DNA of 49,710 bases, filler included, from Catajapyx aquilonaris (lineage: Eukaryota): assembly GCA_000934665.2 (NCBI GenBank). It is 3 parts of 3 records of this genome, joined end to end, with 100 filler letters (N's around TTAATTAATTAA, not from the genome) between each part and the next. Parts side by side here need not be neighbours in the genome. Positions count along the whole stretch, not along the records: positions 33,216 to 49,710 come from JYFJ02007183.1; 2 more parts are not named here. The stretch is one strand, 5' to 3'. A program made the translations under genes and the position numbers. Every line of letters starts with the position of its first letter. Within the stretch, counting starts at the first letter, position 1. Positions 34,676 through 46,500 of the stretch are shown in pieces. The notes under the pieces are model-generated. The model saw only the letters and a list, made by a program, of their open reading frames with translations, searched no databases and was not told where the DNA came from.

Positions 34676-35542
34676 AGAAAGTCGCACCCCTATTGGTTTT
34701 TCCTGCATAAATTCCTTAATGTTAAATTTAGCTCTACAATTAAGGTCAACGTCAAAAGATTCTTTCATTCGCTCTCATTAGCCATCTAACAATAAGAACT
34801 AGCTGTATCATAATATTATATAAATTATGGAACAAATCGACGTAAAGAGCAATTTTGATCTAGTAAAAAGTGTCAAAAATTATCCTTCCAAAAAAGTGCT
34901 CCAAAGTCCCCCCCCCCCTTTCCCCCTAAACTAGGAACACCAAAATATAAATAATTATTCAGGGGGAAATGAAAAGAAACTTAGGATATGCAATGGAGTG
35001 GTTTATTGAAACGCAATTATAATTATAATTGAGAACATTTTTTTAACCATTAAAAAATTTATTAGCGTATAAAAATCATCAAAAAATTCTTATGATCTCT
35101 CAAATAGCAAAATAGTCCAGATCTTCGCGCTCTACTTCTACCATCATTTATCACGTAAAATTAACGGAGAGAATTAGGGTAAGTAATAAAAGTAGGTGAA
35201 AAGCGGGGGTCCAACTTTGGAACGTGTAGAGGTCCGACATAACCCTAATAAGACGGGCGTTACATATGCTGTGGCAGTGGCTTTGAAAATTTCTGCTGGC
35301 GAAACTATAGCGTTTTCCCACTATGTTACGTGGTTTCTGTGTGGCTTTTTAAATTCTCTCTCGCGTAAAAAATCGCGAGGTTTGGACTACAAAATCGTGC
35401 ATAAATAAACCGGATTAACCAGATTAACTTGAATGAAATCATCTTTTGCGGCCGCTGAAAAAAAAACTTCAAAATTTTTTTAAAAAATCCGACCTTGAAG
35501 CGGTGAAAGAATCAGCTAGCTCCACGTATTTTAAAATTTATT

Positions 35543-36400
35543 AATCAATCAATCAATCAATTATTTATTTTACCTCAAGGACAGGTTTCCTTGAGGGACA
35601 CCACTTCATTACACTGTACACTTATTTCTTGTTAGACAGGAATTGGTGACATTTGCCAGGGGTGGGGAAACTAACATAATACAATTAAAAAACCAATTTG
35701 ACTTCACCGGGATTCAACGTGGGTGATTCATCTGCTTATATGTTTTCATGCCATTTGGCAACGTAAGTGAGGAAAAGGAACATAATTATGTTGTAATTGC
35801 ATTTCTGATGGCTGGTGTAGGATCGACAAAAAATCAGACCTAGGAGGGATTGGTAAGTCTCGTGACAGATTTTGACGCCCCGCCTCATACATCGGACATT
35901 CGAAAAAGGTGTGGAACCAGTCATCTTCAGAATCCATATTGCATAAAGTGCAACTTTCATTTGGGTTTACTTTAATACCCCTTTTTCTCCCAGAGGTATC
36001 CAATTTGATCCAATCCGAAGACAGGCCAATAGTCTGCATAATTGTAAAATTCATTTACTTATGGTTTATTTGGTTACCGGCTTACTACTTAATACCATTT
36101 TAAGAGCCATTGTGAGTAGTTCATCTGTATTTATTTTTACAGTTCTGGTGTGAATTCTGATTTTTAAACACATTTTTGCCGCTTTCTCAAAACTTGGCAA
36201 AATGGAGCCACCTGGTTCTTCCACCAAGGCCCTCATAATTATTGCATTATCGCTAACAAGTGTTAAAATAATTAATAAACAATGGAAAAGACCCACTGCA
36301 CTTTTATTTCGAGGTGTATCCCGAGAGACGAGTAGAATCTAAACTGATCCTCAGGTGATTGGCTATTGGGCCATCGCAAGATGACAGAAGCACAATCATA
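35543..36400 (-). mobile_element. Degenerate non-LTR retrotransposon 3-prime fragment
   Basis: ORF 35746-36054 encodes the C-terminal CCHC knuckle CTLCNMDSEDDWFHTFFECPMY; 3-prime stem-loop CCTCAAGGA/TCCTTGAGG (35573-35596), AATAAA and (ATTG)n tail; 5-prime limit approximate. Confidence 0.8.
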
Positions 36401-36857
36401 CACTCGTATACGTACTGTACAGCATCCAAGAACATCGACATCATCCGAACCTCTCCACGGGAGCGGAAATAGGGGAAATCCCCGCCCCCCCCCACTCCCA
36501 ATCAGCCAATAACTCTTTAACCTTATAAATGCCTCCTCAGATTTCAAACGAAACACGGGTTTGTTAATGTCTAAAATAATGTCTCATCCATTAACAGATG
36601 TGGTTCCTTTCTGTAGTTTCTTAGTTTGTGTGTATACAGAATAGTTCTCCCCCCTCCCCCATTCCTCTCTAGATCTGCTAGATCCTTGGTAAGCAGGATT
36701 CGGAATCATAATGGAACGCCATGAATAAAATTACGTTTAAATTATTTTGAAAGAGAATTGAGCAACATACTATTTTTTATAACAACTACCTAGCAGTAGC
36801 TGGACTGCTGCCACATGCTTCTGCCCTGGAGGCTGTACTGTACATTTTCCCTCTATG

Positions 36858-37065
36858 ATAATAATAATAATTTGATACCCCATTATCAGCCTACGGGCTT
36901 TCCTCCCATTTTTTTTGTCTGGAACTCTTCCATTTTTACTATTTTTCTCATCACCGGAATGAAGCAGGGAAAGGGAAGGAAGGAGGCGGCTGTGGCCTAT
37001 ATTACGGTAACAACCCCGGAATTATCCTGCAAGGACCATGGGAAACCACAGAAAACCATGGTCAG
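36858..37065 (-). mobile_element. 5-prime truncated SINE related to family A
   Basis: 13-bp TSD TTTTCCCTCTATG (36845-36857, 37066-37078); (TTA)n tail; GGTTTTCTGTGGTTTCCCA and TAGGCCACAGCCGC shared with family A. Confidence 0.85.
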
Positions 37066-37254
37066 TTTTCCCTCTATGTAACTCCATAAGAATATATGAA
37101 GAAAGAACCATCACATATGAGAATAAGTTCACCTCACAAAGAGCATTGCATTTTGAAACATCTATAACTGCAAACAAATTCAAATAAAGAAATATAAAGA
37201 CGACAAATCATCTTACCTGCATCACGAAATATTCAAACATTGTATTATACTTGC

Positions 37255-37503
37255 CTTGTTATAAGAAATGGTATCGAATATGGCCTCGATACCTTTCGGA
37301 TCGTACACTTGAACCGAAATAGGATGACTGTTGGAAAGAGCGTCCAAGTTGAGAGCAGGCTGTGTTTTATCAAGAATCAGTTGGTCCAGCATCTGCCACT
37401 TCGGCATTATGTGGTTTACTCCCAAATACTCCACAAAACTGGCAAAGCCCTCGTTTAACCATAGATCATTCCACCATTTCATTGTCACCAGGTTCCCAAA
37501 CCA
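37255..37503 (-). CDS. M1 aminopeptidase exon (WFGNLVT...LNEGFA...ISYNK), ending at a GC donor
   Basis: Acceptor TTAG|TGG; 249 nt; donor AAG|GCAAGT. Confidence 0.9.
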
Positions 37504-40500
37504 CTAAGGATATGATCGAGTCATAATTACGAGCAAAATATATTTTCGTTGAGCCTCGCATGCAGACAAATAATATAAATTCTGACCTGATGTGCCAATT
37601 CGTGGGCCACGACTACTGCTACCCACTGGTGAGCTGTTGTGCTGCTTTCTTCTTGATCAAATAAAATTGATGTTTCTCTGTACGTGATCAAGCCCCAGTT
37701 TTCCATTGCGCCCACACCGAAATCAGGAATGGCAATCAAATCTGAATCAAAAGTTCACGATGGACGAACATATCACACATCTACAGTACAGGTGATAGAG
37801 TCACGAGAAAAAAGTATGCCCTATGAAAAAATGTTATTTTAGTTAAAAATCATACTTCAATCTAGCACGAGGATTTGAGTCATGGGGTTATGTACACAGC
37901 ACTGACGAAAGCAAACCCGTTCCGGAACCAGTGCACTATTTGGATTCTATATGCACAATATTGCAAGCCTTATCATCTGATTTCATGGCAACAATGATGA
38001 ATGCTCTCAATTTTGTCTCGTGCTTTTGCTTGGTGTTAACATAATATTCATCCTTGTTGAGATGAAATCAGATTATCTCTCTATACATTTAAAGTTGGAA
38101 GTACAGTACAAGTACAGGGTGTTTCACTAGGTAGGTCAGCTATATTATTTTTTCTTCCTACTCTACCTAGAAACATAATGTTTGGTTTAAAACGTACCTT
38201 GCCTCACGGGAATGTAGCACCATTCACAATAAAATAATGCTGATATTAACCTTCAACGACCTCCTTATACACATTCGAACACGACGCGACGCTAATCGCC
38301 TTATTATCGCAGGTCCTCTTGGACCAATATGGTGGCAGATGACATCATGTAGAGGAATAAAAATTGAAAAAGTGAAGCACAGCCTAGGTATCATCGAAGA
38401 GGTCACTACGATGTTTAGGCTACCTGTTTTGTCACAAGAAACTGGGTATTCTGTTTCCCCCTGCCAAAGAGCTGTAAATGGGGATATTTGAAGACTTTAG
38501 CTTACAGCAATATGCCTCGAGGTTGGAATACATGGAAAGCCACATCACTGCTGCAGCAATCCAGACTGCTGTTGAGGATATACCGTAGGCCTACTGCGAA
38601 GGACATGCGATAATAAGGCGATTATTGTGTCGTGTCTCATTCGAGTGTGTATGGAGGTCGTTGAAGGTCAATTGCAGCATTTATTGTGAATGATGCTACA
38701 TTCCCATCAACTATGGTACGTTGTAAACTAAACATCATGTTTCTAGGTAGAACAAAGAAAAAATATCCGAGATAAAAGTAGTCAAATCTGAATAATCTTA
38801 ATGTGCTGAATAAGGATATGACATCTAAAAAGAAATCTTGGCTCTAATTTAGGAGATACAAAGATAGTCATATATGGCCATGTAGACATACAGGGTGATC
38901 CAACTTTATCGCCCCAACAGTTATTGGAAAAATCGCGTAAGCTGCTACTTTTCAAGCAGCTACTTGCTAAGAGTTACTTTCTCGAGTATCTGGAATAGCA
39001 CCTGCAGAGGTGACGTTTTCTCAACACTATAGGGCATAGGCCAAGCAGAATTAGAAAATACAAAAAATTTCAAAATTTAGGAGGATAAGAAGACTATGTC
39101 ACTTTGATTGTCAGTACACCATACACTTATAATCCCCGTGCGTTAATTTTAAGTCCTGGAGCCAATTAATTTTTTTGAAAGTGGTTTTTGTAATGAGAAC
39201 ATTGCATAAAATAAGAAAAGTGGCATAATGAATTAACCCGGATAATAAAAAAGTTCACATTTGTTGACCGGTGTTATTGAGGTAAGTTTAACTACTTTGA
39301 AATGGAGAGTAGGGATTGTAAGATGATCCCATAGGCCTGCATGCACACACACCGGGGTGAATAGTGAAAAAACCTGCAATTCGTGTCCCAGATAATTTCT
39401 GGACTTAATATAACATCTAAAAACCAGATAACATACTAAGAAATAAGATTGCAACATGCGGAATATGGGGCACATAACAAATATGTAGCCTAATGAGAAA
39501 ATTATTTCATGTTGTTCTTTTGGCCACAGAGCGTGACAAGTCACGTCCGTGGCGTGTCCCAACCTTCACTTTCGTAGTTTTGTCATTTTTATGCAAGGCA
39601 TAAGATGTTTTGTCACTTTTTTATATTTGAGTAATGGAGAAAGGAATACTGAAGGTAAAGGCTAGTGCATTCTTTGTCCTGAAGTTCCAAATTGCATCGA
39701 TTTTATTGCAAGAGGAATTTTGTCCTAAGGTTTCTCGTCACGTCCGTGGACAAAAACAAAAGAAAACTGTTATAAAATCATCCAGGAAGCAGCAATGAGC
39801 AGGATTTTTGTGTTTTTGCTTGCTGAGGCAGCCATATTGAGACGCTGAATCAAAAACCTGCTGGGTTGGTTGCTTGAAGGCGTGTAATTCTGCTCTAAAC
39901 GTCAGATTTAGTGAAGTGTCGAGATGAGTGCGTCACGTCTGTGGCACCTGGTAAATGCAGGTAAGCAGTTCAAATTGCAATATTTGCTCAATTACGTGTG
40001 CTATTAGGTACAAAGAGCTTACTCATCTGAACTAAAAGTTTGTAAGATAAACTTACCACGTTTCACGTGGAATAAACAGAGAGTTCGTCACGTCCGTGGA
40101 CACTACCCGTCCACAGGCGCCCATTAGGCGGGGTCCGATGTTCAAGGACATGATTTTAATAACTTATTTGAATGTTTTGGACCATCTATACCATGTTTCT
40201 AATGCACTCGATACGGATAGGCCTCGAGTTACTCTGAATTTCCACAATATATTCTTGTTGCATTGCATTTGAAGCGATTTGAAGTATGACTTACATTATT
40301 TATATTGCGAACTGTGCTAGCCACTTGGTTCGGTTCTACACCCTGTGCCACACTTAGTTCGTCAAGGTCAAGTAGACTGTATTCTTAACTGTGTGTATAC
40401 ACCTGTAGATACTGCTTTTTATAATTTATAAAAAAATGTGAAATATAAGTCTACGATCTTGGCCGTTATTTTTGTGGGAACACCAGAGGTAATAACTATT

Positions 40501-43500
40501 TTTATTTTTTAAATGAATTTTTAAAGGACATTTTCATTTATTTTTGGGGAAATGAAATTGCACCTTTTTTCACTATTTACCCACCCACGAACTTCCTTAT
40601 TCTCATGAAGGTAGTAATAGTTCACATCATTTTATTTTCCCATTACAACCAAAAATTGTATTTATAAATACCGTCAAAAGTTCAATAGCTCATTTATACT
40701 CACACCTACCTTGTTTCGGTAGAGGATAACGAACACCGAAGAAGTCTTCGTAGTAATTCATAAGTTTAACAGCTGTTCCCAAGGCAAATTCAGCTTGCCT
40801 GATTTGATTCGGTGGAGTGTAGACCGATACTTGAACTCCTCTTTTGGTTTTATTGGTTATCACGCTGTAATCGCACACGACAAACGCAACTAAGTAGGTG
40901 CTCATTTCAACTGATTCATGAAAAATATCTTTCATCTGAAACAGATAAGAGATCAGTAGTATTAGTAAATGGGGGACTAGGCATAGTTATGGTATCAATG
41001 TTTGGTGCCTGGAGAAACTAAATTTTGCATGCTGTGCTGGGTCATTCCATACCAAGTGAGCAGCGCAGGTTGTTCAATAGAAGATTGTGACTTGAAATAA
41101 AGAATGCTTATCAGAATGAATGTATTCCAAATACAAGTAAGTTAGCCTATCAATATTTTCCCGGAAAACTGAAGCAAGATATGTATATGCGTACGGTAAG
41201 TTAATAAAAATATATAAAAAAAACCTTTTTAAGAACACGCTTTATATTTCCAAGTGCACTAAAAAGTAGAAAATGATTTTTCTTCCTCAATCTTCAGCTT
41301 TCTCTTTTACCTTGAACTGAACAGATGACTTTCTTTCTGTGGAATTCAGGTACTGCAGTATTGTCTTGCTTTACTTATATTCTTATACGGCCTACATGAC
41401 GAAAAATAAAGCGTGGGCACTAAATGACACATTATCTACTTCCATGGCAGGAAATATAACCATGTACAGTATTAAAATTTTAGTGCCCACGCTTTATTTT
41501 TCGTCATGTAGGCCGTATAAGAATATAAGTAAAGCAAGACAATACTGCAGTAGCTGAATTCCATGGAAAGAAAGTCATGAATCTTCTGTTCTGTTCAAGG
41601 TAAAAGAGAAAGCTGAAGATTGAAGAAGAAAAATTATTTTCTACTTTTTAGTGCACTTGGAAATATAAAGCGTGTTCTTAAAAAGGTTTTTTATATATTT
41701 TTATTTTAACTGGTTTTTAGTGATAAAGTGGAAGGAATGACAGATATATAGTACATGGGGAGTTAGTTGAATGGTGCCAGGCTGTGATTTGTAATCTTTT
41801 CACTTTGTCACTAAAAAACAGTCTGGAGTATTTACTCCCGCCCTGTAGTTTGGAGGAAGTGAACGGGATACTGACAAGAGAACGGTCAGGGTCGGGAACC
41901 TCCGATTGGGTTGAAACTGGCGTGAGGGGTCATTCATGTGCGATAGACACAGTGGTGAAAGTGTTAGCTCGCAACGTCCAGCCATTTCCGAGATATGAGC
42001 GACAGTAACATCCGAATTTTGGCCGCGCGCATTTGCCGGGAGCCGCTCTGCCAGCTCCAAATCCCTTCTACCTTGATTCCCCCCGCCCCATTTACCCACT
42101 TTTTTCGATCCCCCACTCCCCCACCAACATTTTCGTTTTCCATAGTTTCTTTGCTCCGGTATTTATTATGAGACCATCAAGCTGCTTTCTTTCGCTTCTG
42201 TCAACTGCGAATAAAGAGCTTCTATACCTAAAATTGGATAATGGGGAAAACTCATAATAAATACCGGAGCAAAGAAACTATGGAAAACAGAAATGTTGGT
42301 GGGGGAGTGGGGGATGGTGGTGTGGGATCGAAAAAAGTGGGGGGAATCAAGGTAGAAGGGATTTGGAGCTGGCAGAGCGGCTCCCGGCAAATGCGCGCGG
42401 CCAAAATTCGGATGTTTCTGTCGCTCATATCTCGGAAACGGCTGGACGTTGCGAGCTAACACTTTCACCACTGTGTCTATCGCACATGAATGACCCCTCA
42501 CGCCAGTTTCAACCAAATCGGAGGTTCCCGACCCTGACCGTTCCCTTGTGAGAGCCAGTATGTAACTCCGGTGACTGGCGTGGAGATTGCTAACAGACCG
42601 ACTCACGTGACTACTACCGCTAGTAGGTATGGAAGTTGCAAATTCACCCATCATGTGACTACTACCGTCAGACGGTAGGGAGGTAGCGAACACAGCCAAT
42701 CACGAGACTACTACCGCTAGTCGGTAGGGAGGTAACGAACACAGCCAATCACGTGACTACTACCGCTAGCAGGTATGGAAGTTGCAAATTCACCCATCAT
42801 GTGACTACTACCGCAGACGGTAGGGAGGTAGCGAACACAGCCAATCACGTGACTACCTAATGTGAATACGAACCGCTAGATGGTGTAGGAAGGCGCGAAA
42901 TCACCCCTAACGTTATTACCTGCCGATAGATGGTGGGGCAATGGCGAAGAGAGGAGTGGACACACACACAAATCCGGTCGCGGACAACGGAGTGAAGCTA
43001 ATATAAAGCGTGTAATAATAATATATATATTTTTTAAATTACACCCTTGAAGCCTTCAGGCTTATATAGGGGGGAGGTTTTTCCACCATTTTCAATCTCT
43101 CCGGTGCTAGGATGGAGGGGGGGACAGTGGTGCAAGTGCAATGTCTCATGGCGGAGGCCGTGTGCAGTCCCCCAGAGGGCTTAGGTTGAAAGACGACCCT
43201 CTAGGTGCGGGTAAGAGACCTCCCACAAACACCGCACCTCCTCCAGAGTGGGACATGGATAGGAAAGGTAGGAAGCGGCTGTGGCCTACGATTAGGAAAC
43301 AACTCCGGTATTCACCTGGGGGTGACCGTGGGAAACCACAGAAAACCACGGTCAGAGTTGCCGGCCTGGGGATTTGATCCCTGGACCTCCCGATTTGCAG
43401 CCGGATACCAAATCCCCTCCGCTACCACTGCTTCGGTGTAATAATAATAATAAAAATGGTCATACGGGTCCATCGGCCATGTTTTATTTCTTGCCGCAAG

Positions 43501-46500
43501 ATACTTCCACAACCCTATGATGTAATATGTGATATTGATTTGTCACAAGGAATTCACCTAACTCCAGCCCTCGGAGGTGCGGGGGGGTATCAACTCCTTC
43601 AGGTCCTATGTAACGAGACGATGAAAATACTCTACTTGTCCGGAAAAGCTCACACCGCAAAATTAAAAAAATGACTTGCACTTGTAGTACCTTGATGACG
43701 AGCATTCTCGCAGATTCATATTCAACATGAATAGCCCGTCGAGTGAGTTCAGAGTTTGCCCTCTGCCCCTCTGTTATGCCCAACATTAAACAGCACAGTC
43801 CCACAGTCTCTACATCATGATATTACTATAGGTGTAAGGTAATTCCCCAGTAATTCCATTTCAGATCAGGCGCAGGGTAACCCGCGCATATGTAGGCGCA
43901 ACTTTTGCTAGAAATAAATTGCAGACATTGGCCGCATGAAGAACGCCAACTGACGTTTCATATGTGCAACGGGGCAAAAGTGTTATCAATACATTCAATT
44001 AATTAATTACCAGTCCAGACAGTGGTTCCATGGAAAACCGGATTAAAACCTTATTATGGGCAAAGTTATAAATATTTTAAAAGGTGTCTACAGTTGACCA
44101 CGTTAAAAATGCACGGCCTTTCGGCAAATGCAGGTGCTCATTCATTTTTATGATTAACATAATAATATCTCCCTCGAAATAATAGTAATAACGATGCTAC
44201 TACTGTAATATTAAGGGAGATGGAGTGGCGCTGCGGTAACGTATGCGCCCACGGATGTTAAGGTCCCGGGTTCGATTCCAGCCCGGGGAGACCCCCTTCA
44301 TCTCGTGCAGAGTTGGGTCGTCTCTGGCTTCGTCTCGGGTGGAATTTCCGCTAGACATAATTATCCACCCGGGGGAGTTCACAAACTATGTACCATGTTA
44401 GAAACTTTGCACTGCACATCCCCTCCTGTCACCCTGCCCGTGGGCACTAATAGCTAAAATAACGGTCCGTGCTTGTAGATACGCAAGGGGTCAGAAGCAC
44501 TACCCACAATAATAATAATAATAATTATTATTATTATTATTATAACTACTGTAATATTTCACTTACCAGCTTATTAACATAGTAGTATGATTTCGTATCT
44601 TCTTTAGGCATGTTAGAAAGAGCAAACTGGTAAGTCTCCCTCACAATGCTCATTCTGAATCTTGCCTTGAATTGAGGTTCGTCAAAGCAAGGGAATGCAA
44701 ATCGGGCGTATGTCGGCTCGAAGTGTGTTGTAGCCAGTAATCTGAATGCAACAGTGACAAAGGAATTTTGAACAATTATTTAGGTCTTAGATGGTAAACC
44801 AACCTACCTTCGTTCTTTGTCAGCACTAATATAACTGCTCAGATATAGCCCTTCTAATTCCAAGCTGATCATCGTTTGGTACTTCAGTAATAGCGTGTAA
44901 TTGTTCCCCGCTTTGAGAGGTTCTTGAACCCTAATGCACACCTGCTGGTAAGGAGTGTAGTTCAAGAGTTTCTCGTCTACGTCTATTGTTACGTTTCCTT
45001 GGTCTATTTGGTAGGAAATAAGTGTGACATTTCCAGCACTATGGAAGACTACAATGTTGGTGTCGTTCTCCACTGATATAAGAATTTTCATATCTCCTGC
45101 AAGACAAATAGTGATCTCTTAGTATCAACATAACATTATTGATCCTTTACACACACTACATATTTGTGGATCATCGGAGCAAAAGAGCACGCATGTGCAG
45201 TTGGCATGAAACAGAAATAATCATGGAAATTTCATTTCCGCTCAATCATTCTTTCCGAATTTAAAAATTACGAAGCTGTTGACACACAAAAATAATGATG
45301 TGTGAAGAACACACGAATGCCTCATATTCCAGAAATATGAACCGTTATAATTTATATCTTATATAGAATTATTGGATAGGCGAGGCGGTTTGTCCGCGTT
45401 GACCCATCACCTATGTGCATGCATAGTACTTTACCCCTCAAAGTGGCAGTAGTGTGCAGAGAGGGGGAGGATGCTCGCCAACAGTGAGCGGCATATTGAC
45501 ATTGTACTACGTCCAAGTAGGGGGGGGAGGAGTCCGGGCAGCGTTGCGAAATTTTGGCAACGGGTTTACTATCGTCAGTAACAGGGTGTTTCAGGTTCGT
45601 GGGTCACTTTTTGATAACTAATATGTAGCTTGTTGTGCCCCTAACCATGTGCCCCAATATAACTACTGTACTGCTATATTCGACCCACTGGGGTCAAATA
45701 TAGCAGGTACTATAGAATGGAGCCACGGCTGTAGAAGACTCAGGTTAGGTCACTCCCCACCCACCCCCTGCCGAAGGATTATGCACCGGGTGCTCACTTG
45801 AGACCGCCACGAGACATTTCCCAGAGCAATTATGTGGCGACCCTACCGGACTAAGGCTGAACTTTATAGGTACGAAAGGGAAGCGCTACATGCTGGCCCA
45901 ACATGGCCGCCGGCGGCCATGTTGGGCCCCCCAAGCCCTCCCCTTTCGTACCTATAAAGTTCAGACTTAGTCCGGTAGGGTCGCCACATAATAGCTCTGG
46001 GAAATGTCACGTGGCGGTCTCAAGTGAGCACATGGTGCATAATCCCTCGGCAGGTGATAAGCCCAGAAGATAGGGGTAGTGTCCGTGGGCTGAATGGAGC
46101 ACATGGTTAGGGCCACAACAAGCTAGAAAAAATAACTGCTAGCGGGCGATATCAGTCATCAAAAAGTGACCCACGAACCTGGAACACCCTGTATAAATGA
46201 TGCCATGCAGTATGAGAATTGGAACCAGGTAATCTCATCCCAGGTCATTTAGAGTAATAAATCCATGTTAATAGAGCGGTTAGTGTGATGGTATCATGTT
46301 GAAGGCTAAACATCAAGAATGTCAATCCCGAGCACCAAAATCCTACACTCAAAATCGTGAGGGAGGTGGAGTGGTGCTGCGGTAACGTATGCGCCTACGG
46401 ATGCAAGGGTCCCTGGTTCGAGCCCAAGTCAGGGCATTTCCCCCTTCATCTCATGCAGAGTTCGGGGTCATCTCTGGCTTCGTCTCGGGTGGGATTCCTT

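Noticed and set aside
34485..34789. Poly-Leu, poly-Ile and poly-Asn ORFs
   Set aside because: Translations of the (TAT)24 microsatellite
39950..39966. CAG|GTAAGC as a second ratchet point
   Set aside because: No polypyrimidine tract, and it is on the strand opposite to the host gene
41784..42699. Duplicated 74-177 aa ORFs on opposite strands
   Set aside because: Translations of the inverted repeat arms; no recognisable domain
42603..42857. CRISPR-like array of small hairpin repeats
   Set aside because: The spacers are themselves repeated (A-B-B-A-B), the context is eukaryotic and there are no cas genes
44213..44290. Apparent tRNA genes (also 30638, 46357 and the minus-strand head near 47100)
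   Set aside because: No complete cloverleaf or terminator seen; most are followed by SINE body, tail and TSD
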